From contig JAMOBJ010000002.1 of the NCBI GenBank assembly GCA_039908095.1, positions 23,331-87,330 of the forward strand: DNA of 64,000 nucleotides. The letters are read 5' to 3'. The notes under the pieces are model-generated. The model worked only from the letters and a program-made list of their open reading frames with translations. It searched no databases and was not told the origin of the DNA. The DNA is from Nitrospirae bacterium YQR-1. GTDB taxonomy: Bacteria; Nitrospirota; Thermodesulfovibrionia; Thermodesulfovibrionales; Magnetobacteriaceae. A program made the position numbers and the translations under genes. Shown in pieces: positions 30,713-39,510 of the stretch (position 1 is the stretch's first letter; each line of letters begins with the position of its first letter).

Positions 30713-31933
30713 TTACCGCTCCTCACTCATTGCCATTACAAGGGCACCTTTGGATGTGGCATTTAACGGATCCTTTGCCGACCTTACCTCAGATACTTCT
30801 ATCGGCAGCCGTATAGCCCCTATAGCTTTTTCCACTCTTTCCCTTAAGCCCTTTGGCATACATGTTCCGCCGCTTAGAACTATTGGAATAGGAGACGTTA
30901 TCTTGGGTACCTTGTCAGAGGATGCAATCACCTGCTGTAGGCTCTTAACCAGTGAGTTAATAACATCCATATAGTAAATATGAAGAGACATTTCCACTTT
31001 GTTGGCCGGCAGAATTGAAAGGTCCAGAGCCTCTTCCTTTATTACCTTTATCTTGGTGGCGGATTCGTTAACGTCTTTGCTTACCATCTCATCAATATAA
31101 TCTCCGCCTTTTTGGATGCTATAGGTGATGACCGGCACGGATAAATACGACAGGCAAATGTTACACATGCCCCCGCCCATACTTATGCCTATGCCTGTGA
31201 AATTATTGTCGGCAAGCTCCGACATAACCACGGCAAGCCCCTCATTTATTGGAACCGGAGTGTAGCCCATGGTTTCAAAAAACATCTTCAAAATTGACTG
31301 GTGCCCTATTGAAAGCACAGCGCTGCCGATTGGGTCACCCGGAACGCTGTAGCAAAGAATCTCTCCGAATTTCTTAGGTTTTTGCACAACGGTTTTTATT
31401 ATTGACTGCATGAGGGTTATACCCTCGTTCTCTCGTGAACTAAGAAAGCCTTTTTCCATAGGCCGTCTTGTATTGGTATTAAACATATTTGCAAAGTTTT
31501 CCGCAGAATAACCTATTATATAGTATTGTTTATCAAATTCTATAAAAGTGACTTCATTTTTATTGAGAATTGATTTAGTAAACCGTGACTGTGGTATTGT
31601 GAAAAAAGCATTAACCTGCTTCACTACATGAATACTGTTTCCCTTGTTTTGTGCCATAACGATATTACTTGTACCTATATCCATACCAATGGGGCCAAAG
31701 GGGCTTTCGGCGGCGGCACCCGGCTCTTTATCACTGATAACTGTAGCCTTTTCAGTAGTTCTGTAGGCTGATTCAATACGTGCATCCGACACGGGCCTGT
31801 CATAGGCCGGCGGCTGTTGTGGTGCACTGAATGAGGGTGCTGGGGGAGCGGATGGTGGTCCCTGCGCTTCTATTTCACCCAATCTCGATTTTAACCTCTC
31901 TATCTCGTACTGAAGGTCATTTTCTTCCGACAT
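30713..31933 (-). CDS. MreB/MamK-like actin homolog with an ~85-aa coiled-coil/Pro-rich N-terminal extension
   Basis: GMDIGTSNIV (phosphate 1), RRPMEKGFL (compare MreB IRPMKDGVI), GISMGGGMCNI (phosphate 2), QKGGDYIDE, IVLSGGTCMPKGL (adenosine), AKDPLNATSKGA. AGGAGG lies before the ATG. Confidence 0.8.
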   Translation of the reverse strand: MSEENDLQYEIERLKSRLGEIEAQGPPSAPPAPSFSAPQQPPAYDRPVSDARIESAYRTTEKATVISDKEPGAAAESPFGPIGMDIGTSNIVMAQNKGNSIHVVKQVNAFFTIPQSRFTKSILNKNEVTFIEFDKQYYIIGYSAENFANMFNTNTRRPMEKGFLSSRENEGITLMQSIIKTVVQKPKKFGEILCYSVPGDPIGSAVLSIGHQSILKMFFETMGYTPVPINEGLAVVMSELADNNFTGIGISMGGGMCNICLSYLSVPVITYSIQKGGDYIDEMVSKDVNESATKIKVIKEEALDLSILPANKVEMSLHIYYMDVINSLVKSLQQVIASSDKVPKITSPIPIVLSGGTCMPKGLRERVEKAIGAIRLPIEVSEVRSAKDPLNATSKGALVMAMSEER

Positions 31934-32025
31934 TAACTGCCTCCTTTTTTTACTAAACAGTTGTTTTTATGAGGTATTCCCTCATTTCTCTACATCACGG
32001 CACACTGCCGTAGCATATAACAACT

Positions 32026-32052
32026 TTATCGGTAAAATCAAGTCATACTTTA
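32026..32052 (-). promoter_or_regulatory. Sigma28 (FliA)-type promoter TAAAGTAT-N11-ACCGATAA upstream of the MreB-like operon
   Basis: Minus strand: TAAAGTAT (32052-32045), 11 nt, ACCGATAA (32033-32026). This is 14/16 against the enterobacterial consensus TAAAGTTT-N11-GCCGATAA. Confidence 0.6.
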
Positions 32053-32178
32053 CTTTTCCTGCAGTAAATTTGTTTTTCCTGAATAAATTCATCGTGTTTA
32101 TCTCTGCACCTGTTTGACTTATCAGAAATGAAACTGATAGCATAACTGATGGTGTTGCACTTTAAAGAAGGGTAGCTG

Positions 32179-32937
32179 ATGGAAGTATATGCAAAAAGAG
32201 AGATATTTCGGGTAAACGGAAAAACCTGTGAGCCGATAATTGATCCGATAGCGATAGAGAAAAAACTTGTGTTACGGATAAATGCAACAGAAGTTTTAGC
32301 AATGTACTGTTCGCCCTTAATGGTTAAAGAGCTGGTAGTTGGTTTTATCATGACAGAGGGGGTAATACGCGGCAGTTGGTGTGTGGATAAAATGCGGATA
32401 AATCACAGAGAAGACATAGAGGTGGATATAGAGGCCGATGGTGAGGTAGTGCTTGAGGGCAAGGCTGTAACATCAGGCTGCATAGGGGGAGTAACGACAA
32501 AAAAAGTATTTGGGGATAAATTGAACACAGAAAATTTTAGTATAGACGGTGAGCATGTAAAACGGCTTTTTAACGAATTTCAAAGCCGTAGCACCTCTTA
32601 TAATCTTACAGGGTGCATTCACAGTGCCGCAATTTCAGACGGACTGGAAATTTTAGTTATGACGGAAGACATCGGGCGGCATAATGCTGTTGATAAAGCC
32701 ATCGGGCACTGTATAATTAATGATATTGCCCTTGACGATAAATTAATGCTCTTAAGCGGGAGGTTATCATCGGAGATAGCAACCAAATGCGGTAAATGGT
32801 TCATTCCGGTAGTGGCAAGCCGCACCGCACCAACTTTACTTTCAGTGGAAATAGCCGACAGGCTGGGAATAACTATGGTAGGTTTCATAAGAGGAAACAG
32901 ATTTAATATATACACCCATCCACAAAGAATTAGTTGA
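32179..32937 (+). CDS. fdhD: Formate dehydrogenase accessory sulfurtransferase FdhD
   Basis: VKELVVGFIMTEGVI, TSGCIGG, EDIGRHNAVDKAIG, VVASRTAPT motifs. Confidence 0.9.
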   Translation: MEVYAKREIFRVNGKTCEPIIDPIAIEKKLVLRINATEVLAMYCSPLMVKELVVGFIMTEGVIRGSWCVDKMRINHREDIEVDIEADGEVVLEGKAVTSGCIGGVTTKKVFGDKLNTENFSIDGEHVKRLFNEFQSRSTSYNLTGCIHSAAISDGLEILVMTEDIGRHNAVDKAIGHCIINDIALDDKLMLLSGRLSSEIATKCGKWFIPVVASRTAPTLLSVEIADRLGITMVGFIRGNRFNIYTHPQRIS

Positions 32938-32943
32938 TACGTG

Positions 32944-32992
32944 ATACCAAGTAGCCTTCAATCGTCTAACTTTGTTGGCATCGTCACAAGCC
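32944..32992 (+). repeat. MITE-family variant left-end fragment
   Basis: ATACCAAGTAGCCTTCAATCGTCTAACTTTGTTGGCATCGTC. It abuts the IS3 relic. Confidence 0.6.
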
Positions 32993-33103
32993 AAGAGTAG
33001 TATATTCGAGTATATAGAGGCTTTTTATAACCGTCAAAGAAGGCATTCCAAAAATGGATTGTTAAGCCCTATTGACTTCGAACTCTATAATGGGGTACCT
33101 TAA
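32993..33103 (+). pseudogene. IS3-family transposase relic (extreme C-terminus of the DDE/rve integrase only)
   Basis: Translates to KSSIFEYIEAFYNRQRRHSKNGLLSPIDFELYNGVP*, matching the conserved IS3 OrfB tail (..YIE.FYNR.RRHS.LGYLSP..FE). No upstream ORF remains. Confidence 0.7.
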
Positions 33104-33161
33104 CTTTGTGTCCACTGAATCGGGGGAAAATCATTTTCTTCTTTACCAAAATTGTAAGACA

Positions 33162-33272
33162 ATCTTGAGCTGTCCGATATGTACCAATAATATTCGTATG
33201 ACACAGTAAAAACCACCCTCTAAATCTCCCATGAGGGAGACTTCTACCCACCAAACCTCCCTCAAGGGAGGC
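33162..33272 (+). repeat. Second repeat family (~110 bp), copy 1
   Basis: A ~93-nt run reads identically to the reverse complement of 56555-56647. It contains hairpins TCTCCC-atga-GGGAGA and CCTCCC-tcaa-GGGAGG. Confidence 0.8.
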
Positions 33273-33290
33273 TTCTCACTCCGGCCACTC

Positions 33291-34706
33291 TTACAAAGTG
33301 GGCTTTTCCCTCTCATATTTATCTTCAAATCTGATAATATCGTCTTCTCTAAGGTACTCGCCGTTTTGGACCTCGATGACTTCTAAAGATATTTTCCCCG
33401 GGTTTTCGAGTCTGTGGAGAGTGGATTTGGGCACATATGCCGATTCATTTGGATGTACAAATGTTGTTTGGCTGCCGATTGTCACCTTTGCCGTGCCGTT
33501 TACCACTACCCAATGTTCGGAGCGGTGGTGGTGTAATTGAAGGCTTAATGAGTGCTGAGGTTTAACAAACAGGCGTTTAATTTGATAGCGTTCTCCTCTT
33601 TCCAGGAGTGTGTAACTTCCCCATGGTCTGTATGTGGTTACATGTTCGTTAGTTTCCTCTCTACCCTCTTTTTTAAGGAGGTTTACAATTTCCTTGACCT
33701 TCCATGTGTGTCCGCGTTTTGATATAAATACAACGTCAGGGGTTTCAACTATAAGGCAGTCCTCAAGTCCCAGGGTAACAATCAGCCGGCTGTCGCCTAA
33801 AACCATGGTGTTTTTTGTATCATACGGCTTAACCAGTCCGCTAATTACATTTCCGTTTTCATCGGCCTCCCTAACTTCAAACATGGAATCCCATGAGCCG
33901 ATGTCATTCCAGTAGATTTCCATAGGGAGGGTGAGGATTTTATCAGATTTTTCCATTACGGAGTAGTCTATGGAAATATCCGGTAAGTTTACGAAATTAG
34001 TGAGCATTTCATGGTATGGGGTGTTTATTGCAACAGATATCTGAGGCTCAAAGCGGTTAAACTCCTCTTTCATAGTACCTATTCCAAAGGCAAACATTCC
34101 TGAGTTCCAGAAGTGCTGACCATCTCTGAGGTACGTCTCGGCAGTTTCCATATCAGGTTTTTCAGTGAATTCCGCTACCTGGTAAACCTGAGCGCCATCT
34201 TTCGTTTTACTGAACTCTGCGCCTCGTTTTATATAACCGTAACCCATTTCCGCTCTGGTGGGCTTTATTCCAAAGGTGACAATGTGGCTGTCTGCTGCTG
34301 CTGCCTCAGCTTGCTTCAGATACCAGATGAATTTATCAGCGGGTTTTATTATATGGTCAGAGGGGCAGACAAAAATAGTTTCCATGTCGGTTGAGCCCAA
34401 AGATTCCTGACAGTATTTTAACCCCAGCGCTATGGCTGGAGCCGTATTTCTTGCGGCGGGTTCAAATATTATATGGGGTTTAAGACCTGGAAACAGGGTC
34501 TCCATGTCGGAAAGAACATGGAACTTATACTCTTTGTTTGTAAGAATCACTATATCCTCGGGTGACATAGCACGTGTCAGCCTTAACACTGTATCTTGTA
34601 AGAGGGACGTTTTACCGTTTAGTTTAAGAAATTGCTTAGGGAAACTTTTTCTACTCAGAGGCCAAAGCCTTGTGCCTGAACCTCCCGCTAAAAGTAATGC
34701 TTTCAT
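33291..34706 (-). CDS. manC: Bifunctional mannose-1-phosphate guanylyltransferase / mannose-6-phosphate isomerase (type II PMI-GMP)
   Basis: LLAGGSGTRLWPLSR nucleotidyltransferase motif. The C-terminal cupin has HHHRSEHWVVV..G. Confidence 0.92.
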   Translation of the reverse strand: MKALLLAGGSGTRLWPLSRKSFPKQFLKLNGKTSLLQDTVLRLTRAMSPEDIVILTNKEYKFHVLSDMETLFPGLKPHIIFEPAARNTAPAIALGLKYCQESLGSTDMETIFVCPSDHIIKPADKFIWYLKQAEAAAADSHIVTFGIKPTRAEMGYGYIKRGAEFSKTKDGAQVYQVAEFTEKPDMETAETYLRDGQHFWNSGMFAFGIGTMKEEFNRFEPQISVAINTPYHEMLTNFVNLPDISIDYSVMEKSDKILTLPMEIYWNDIGSWDSMFEVREADENGNVISGLVKPYDTKNTMVLGDSRLIVTLGLEDCLIVETPDVVFISKRGHTWKVKEIVNLLKKEGREETNEHVTTYRPWGSYTLLERGERYQIKRLFVKPQHSLSLQLHHHRSEHWVVVNGTAKVTIGSQTTFVHPNESAYVPKSTLHRLENPGKISLEVIEVQNGEYLREDDIIRFEDKYEREKPTL

Positions 34707-34753
34707 TTATAAGCCCCCACTAAGAAAGTATAATGAATGATTTCTGTACATTG

Positions 34754-34793
34754 ATTATACAAAGTGCGGCTACAGAGCGTCAACCCGAAATCC
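34754..34793 (-). promoter_or_regulatory. Sigma70 promoter TTGACG-18-TATAAT for manC, with GGATTTCGGG abutting the -35
   Basis: Minus strand: GGATTTCGGG (34793-34784), TTGACG (34783-34778), 18 nt, TATAAT (34759-34754). ATG at 34706. Confidence 0.55.
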
Positions 34794-34989
34794 AACCGGC
34801 AAAATAAAAAAACTTCTTAATTAATTCACCTTTGTTAAAAGTGCTCCTGCCATTTGCTATTTCCCTACTAAAGAGTTAAAATATGATTATGGTGTTAATG
34901 GTTTGACTACGGCTCTTTTAGCCGTTAGCATCTGCCCAGGCTGCCGTAGAGCTTGACGGCCCCTATATTCCAATGAATTAGAATTGGTA

Positions 34990-35637
34990 TTAAATATTAT
35001 TTGGAATTGTTATTACTAAGGAGCCCTGCCCGTCTTGGCTGACTGTGGCATGAAGATGCTGCCAGGGTGATAAATCATGAGAACCGCCGTCGCCCACAAG
35101 CCGTAACCCCTCTTTTTCACTCTTAAACATAGTTATCTCTGTAAAGTCACCCTTGCTTTGTGTTTTTATAGTCAGGGTTGACTTCTTTTGAGAATCAAAA
35201 GACTCTATTGCACTAAAGACAAGTGTGGAGAGTGCATATTGAAAAAGAGACGGATTCCCGTAAATCCCAGGCAGCCCTGCATCCAAAGAGGTTTCAATCC
35301 GTACAAGGCGCTGTCCTGCAAATCGGGACATTAAAACAGCCAGTTCCTCAACAGCCTCATTAATGTCAAAAGTGCTCAAAGTGCAGTCCATCCTGTGCCC
35401 AAAACGATTTAAGTATTTTGTCAAAGCGGAGATAGCTTGTACCTGCGCTGCGATAGAGCTGATGATCTCAGAGAATTTATCTGTGCCGCCGGCGGCTCCT
35501 TGCTCCATCTCAATAATATCTCCCATCAGGCCGGCTGATTCACTTATTATTGCAAGATGATTTTTTAGCTCATGTGTAAACATGGAAAGAATTTTCCCGA
35601 TAAATGCAAGCCGGCTGTCTTTTAAATCCCTCACCAT
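34990..35637 (-). CDS. Histidine-kinase-like protein with DHp/H-box but a degenerate ATPase domain
   Basis: H-box FTHELKNHLAIISE is present. I could not find N, G1 (DxGxG) or G2 boxes in the C-terminal half. Confidence 0.6.
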   Translation of the reverse strand: MVRDLKDSRLAFIGKILSMFTHELKNHLAIISESAGLMGDIIEMEQGAAGGTDKFSEIISSIAAQVQAISALTKYLNRFGHRMDCTLSTFDINEAVEELAVLMSRFAGQRLVRIETSLDAGLPGIYGNPSLFQYALSTLVFSAIESFDSQKKSTLTIKTQSKGDFTEITMFKSEKEGLRLVGDGGSHDLSPWQHLHATVSQDGQGSLVITIPNNI

Positions 35638-35699
35638 AGCTCTTTCCTCCTCCTAACGTAATATCGCCTATAAACATACGCCTCATAAAACGGCCTGCA

Positions 35700-36734
35700 T
35701 TAGTCCTTAACAAAAGCCTCATCCTGTTTGTGCTCCGCCTTAAGAGGAAGCTCCACAGTAAACACTGTTCCCTTGCCTGGGACACTTGTTACGAGTATAT
35801 CTCCGCCGAGTTTTTTTATTATACCATAAGAGATGGAAAGACCAAGTCCAGTACCCTTATCTTTTTCTTTAGTTGTGAAAAACGGCTCAAAAATATGCTT
35901 CAACTGCTCCGCATGCACGCCCGGGCCATTGTCGGATATTTGTACCAACACAGTACCGGTGCTATCCTTAAACATCGTAGTGAGCTCTATAACTCCCCCC
36001 TTATCAACAGCATCAACAGCGTTATTGACAATGTTTAATATCACCTGCTGCACCTGCCCCTTATCGGTAACTATGCTGGGTATGCTCTCTGAAAAGTTAC
36101 GTACAAGCCCAATGCTCCTAAAGAGGATTTCCCGCTCCAGAAAGCTTAATACCTCCGATATGGTTTCGTTTATATCGATAATCTCAAAGGCTACATCCAT
36201 GCGACGGGCAAAACCCAGTAAACGGTGCGTTATAGTGCGGCAACGGTTAACGGCATCTATTATCCCCTTAATTAAGTTATAAAAACTCTCCCGCCGGCTC
36301 ATCTCGTTTAAAAACCCGGAAGATGTACCATTTTCCGCCGACATTTCAATTATATCTTTTATAAGCCCTGCCCGCTCACTTATTATAGAGAGCGGATTGT
36401 TTATCTCATGTGCCACACCTGCGGCAAGCCTGCCGATAGAGGCAAGCTTTGCTGAGTGTTCTATTTCACTCATGGCTGTTTCACGCTTAATGTCAGCCTC
36501 TTTTATACGATCCACAAACACGCCTGTTATCTTATAGGTAACAAGTGCAAAAGACATAAGACTCACTATAGAAACTATAACCAGCCACGTTAAATGATCC
36601 CCTGTTTCATTATAAATACGGCTCTTAAGCCAAAAGTGATTTAGAATCACCATGGCGCCTATGAAGAGGCTCGAAAGAAGCATCAAAAGGGTCATTATGA
36701 TAAGTTTAAGACGCCGGTATCTTGCTTTATACAT
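35700..36734 (-). CDS. Membrane sensor histidine kinase
   Basis: Two N-terminal TM segments, H-box AAGVAHEINNPLSII, N box NIVNNAVDA, DNGPGV, GTGLGLSISYGI. Confidence 0.88.
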   Translation of the reverse strand: MYKARYRRLKLIIMTLLMLLSSLFIGAMVILNHFWLKSRIYNETGDHLTWLVIVSIVSLMSFALVTYKITGVFVDRIKEADIKRETAMSEIEHSAKLASIGRLAAGVAHEINNPLSIISERAGLIKDIIEMSAENGTSSGFLNEMSRRESFYNLIKGIIDAVNRCRTITHRLLGFARRMDVAFEIIDINETISEVLSFLEREILFRSIGLVRNFSESIPSIVTDKGQVQQVILNIVNNAVDAVDKGGVIELTTMFKDSTGTVLVQISDNGPGVHAEQLKHIFEPFFTTKEKDKGTGLGLSISYGIIKKLGGDILVTSVPGKGTVFTVELPLKAEHKQDEAFVKD

Positions 36735-39453
36735 TTTTATTCACGTACTTAAACAGGCTCTGTCCAGTGTATGAGCCCTCAAATTCGGTAAGCTCCTCAG
36801 GAGTACCTTCAAACATGATATTTCCACCCTCATATCCGCCCTCCGGGCCCAGGTCAATCACGTAGTCGGAGGCACACACAACGTCCAGATTGTGCTCTAT
36901 CACCACCACCGTGTTGTTTGCGTTAACCAGCCGGATAAGGAAAGACATCAGAGCTGCAACGTCGTGCATGTGCAGCCCGATGGTCGGCTCATCCAGCACG
37001 TACAGAATCCTCTCATTACCTGGTGTTCCCAGTTCGGCACATATTTTAAGCCTCTGAGCCTCACCACCGGAAAGCGTGGTTGCAGCTTGTCCAATCCTGA
37101 GATATCCCAGCCCGACGTCTTTAAGGAGCTGTAGTTTTTTCACTATCGCAGCATCCTCACTGAACAGCTCAAGGGTTTCATCCACGGTCAGCCCCAACAC
37201 CTCGCTGATGCTCCATCCGCGGTATTTTATGCGTAATGCCTCGGCAGAGTAACGCATCCCGCTGCATTGTTGACATTTTACATACAAGTCTTCAAAAAAG
37301 TACATCTCCAGTTTCTCATACCCCTCCCCCTTGCAGTGTTCACATCTGCCGCCTTTGAGGTTAAATGAGAAAAACCCGGGCTCATATCCGTGAACCTTTG
37401 CCTCCGTCTGGTCAGAAAATATTTTCCTGATGTTGTCAAAGAACTTCATATAAGTGGCGGGGTTTGAGCGCGGTGTTCTCCCTATGGGGGATTGATCTAC
37501 AAGGCAGATGCCGTTAAGTTGCTCGACACCGTTGAGTTTTTCAAAGGGAAGGGACTTATCGGAGGAGTTTTTCAGATGCTTAGCCACTGCTCTATAGAGG
37601 GTTTCCACAACCAGTGAGCTTTTCCCCGACCCTGATACACCTGTTACCACGGTTAGTTTATTAACAGGGATTTTAAAATTGATATTTTTAAGATTATGTC
37701 CTTTAGCTCCTGTGATTTCTATAAAACCTGCCGGCTCTGTTTTTAGTCTTTTTCGCTTTTTGCCTGTTTGAGCATCCCCTGAGAGGTATTTTGCTGTTAT
37801 AGTGTCTGAGTTACAAAAATCATTAATCGTACCGGAAAAAACAATTTCTCCTCCGTTTTTGCCGCCCCCCGGGCCCAACTCCATTACCCAGTCCGAACCG
37901 GCTATTATCTCAGGGTCATGCTCTACCACGATAACCGTGTTACCCAGACCGGAGAGTTCCTTTATTATTTCCATAATACGCCGGTTGTCTCTGCTGTGGA
38001 GCCCCACAGTGGGTTCATCCAGAACGTAAAGAGTGCCGGCAAGACGGCATGAGAGCTGATTGGCAAGGTTAACACGTTGATACTCTCCGCCGGAGAGTGT
38101 CAACGTTTGCCGCTGCATGGTCAGATATCCCAGTCCCATTTTAACCATAACGCTGAGCTTGGCTGAAATGTGTCTGTGTGCCTCGGAAATGACCTCCAGC
38201 TCGTGTTCTGTCAGTGGCGGCTTTTGGAAAAAACTGTGTAACTCATTAATTGTCATAGCGTTCATATCGGCAAGGCTTATCCCTGCGATTTTATAAGAAA
38301 GCGCCTCTTCTTTTAATCGCGTTCCGTTGCACACCGGGCAGATAGCGGCTACACGGTATTTACTTAAAAACACTCTCACGTGAAGTTTGTACCGTTTTTC
38401 CGAGAGGGCTTCAAAGAAATCATTTATTCCGTAAAAACCTTTACCGCCTTTATAAAGAATTTCCCACTGCTGCGGTGTAAAATCCGCAAGGGGCATTCTG
38501 ACGTCAATTCCATGCTTTACTACATTTTTCAGCAGTTGGTTTTTCCACCATGTGAAAGCCGGTTTTTCAAACGGCTCGATAGCGCCCTCATAAAGACTAA
38601 GTGACAAATCCGGTACTACCAGTGCGGGGTCGTAATTAAGCACATTGCCAAAGCCTTTACACTGCGGGCAAGCCCCAACGGGGTGGTTAAATGAAAACAG
38701 AATGGGCATAGGTTCAGGGAGCACCCTGCCGCAACTGTCACAGGAGTGCTTATCGGAGTAAATGAAATCCTCCGCCCCGGGAGACATTATTTTTATCCTG
38801 CCATCCCCTTCTTTCCATGCCAGCTCGAGGGATTCAAACAACCGTGGATCATCTGAAATTATAAGCCTGTCTAAAACCACCTCATGTCTGTCGGTATCTC
38901 CAGTGATTTCAAAAATATCTTTTGTTTGCCCGTCTTCATAGATTCTGTAAAATCCACGCTCTCTGAGGCTTGCAAGTGTCTCACCGGTTTCAAACATTAT
39001 CATAGCCCGTCTGTCTTTGTGGTGAGTGATTAACTCATCATATACTTTTTCCACATCCCATCTGATTATATTACTGCCGCAGGAGGGGCAAACCGGATTT
39101 GCTATTTTGGCAAAGACAACCCTCAGAAGGTCATACACCTCTGTAACCGTGCCTACCGTAGAGCGAGAACCTTTAACCGGATTTCTCTGCTGCAGGGCGA
39201 TAGCAGGGCGGATGTTGACAGCTTCCTCTATATCGGGTTTATCGAGTTTTTCTAAAAACAGCTTAGCGTATGTTGACAGGGATTCTATGAATCTCCACTG
39301 CCCCTCGGCAAAGATGGTATCAAACGCAAGCGATGACTTACCTGAGCCGGAAAGACCGGTTATAGCAATAACACAATCATGTGGTATCCTAACATTAAGG
39401 TTTTTAAGGTTATTCTGTTTTATGCCTTTTATTTCAAGCCAATTGCTGTACAT
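36727..39453 (-). CDS. uvrA: Excinuclease ABC subunit A family protein (UvrA-like)
   Basis: GLSGSGKSSLAFDTIFAEGQ and GVSGSGKSSLV Walker A motifs, Cys-rich zinc modules (CPSCG, CDSCG..CPQCKGFG, CEHCKGEG..CQQC), two LSGGE signatures. Confidence 0.88.
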   Translation of the reverse strand: MYSNWLEIKGIKQNNLKNLNVRIPHDCVIAITGLSGSGKSSLAFDTIFAEGQWRFIESLSTYAKLFLEKLDKPDIEEAVNIRPAIALQQRNPVKGSRSTVGTVTEVYDLLRVVFAKIANPVCPSCGSNIIRWDVEKVYDELITHHKDRRAMIMFETGETLASLRERGFYRIYEDGQTKDIFEITGDTDRHEVVLDRLIISDDPRLFESLELAWKEGDGRIKIMSPGAEDFIYSDKHSCDSCGRVLPEPMPILFSFNHPVGACPQCKGFGNVLNYDPALVVPDLSLSLYEGAIEPFEKPAFTWWKNQLLKNVVKHGIDVRMPLADFTPQQWEILYKGGKGFYGINDFFEALSEKRYKLHVRVFLSKYRVAAICPVCNGTRLKEEALSYKIAGISLADMNAMTINELHSFFQKPPLTEHELEVISEAHRHISAKLSVMVKMGLGYLTMQRQTLTLSGGEYQRVNLANQLSCRLAGTLYVLDEPTVGLHSRDNRRIMEIIKELSGLGNTVIVVEHDPEIIAGSDWVMELGPGGGKNGGEIVFSGTINDFCNSDTITAKYLSGDAQTGKKRKRLKTEPAGFIEITGAKGHNLKNINFKIPVNKLTVVTGVSGSGKSSLVVETLYRAVAKHLKNSSDKSLPFEKLNGVEQLNGICLVDQSPIGRTPRSNPATYMKFFDNIRKIFSDQTEAKVHGYEPGFFSFNLKGGRCEHCKGEGYEKLEMYFFEDLYVKCQQCSGMRYSAEALRIKYRGWSISEVLGLTVDETLELFSEDAAIVKKLQLLKDVGLGYLRIGQAATTLSGGEAQRLKICAELGTPGNERILYVLDEPTIGLHMHDVAALMSFLIRLVNANNTVVVIEHNLDVVCASDYVIDLGPEGGYEGGNIMFEGTPEELTEFEGSYTGQSLFKYVNKNV

Positions 39454-39510
39454 TTCAATATTTTAACATAATGACTTTGTTGTTGACCTCTCCGAACCTT
39501 TATATTTAAT

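Noticed and set aside
29331-31933. The MreB-like/MinD-like operon as part of a magnetosome gene cluster (MamK/Mad28-like) or a plasmid-type partition locus.
   Set aside because: No mam, mad or man genes, centromere-like iterons or replication genes are adjacent. The neighbours are fdhD and glycan genes. A MamK/Mad28 relationship can only be tested by phylogeny.
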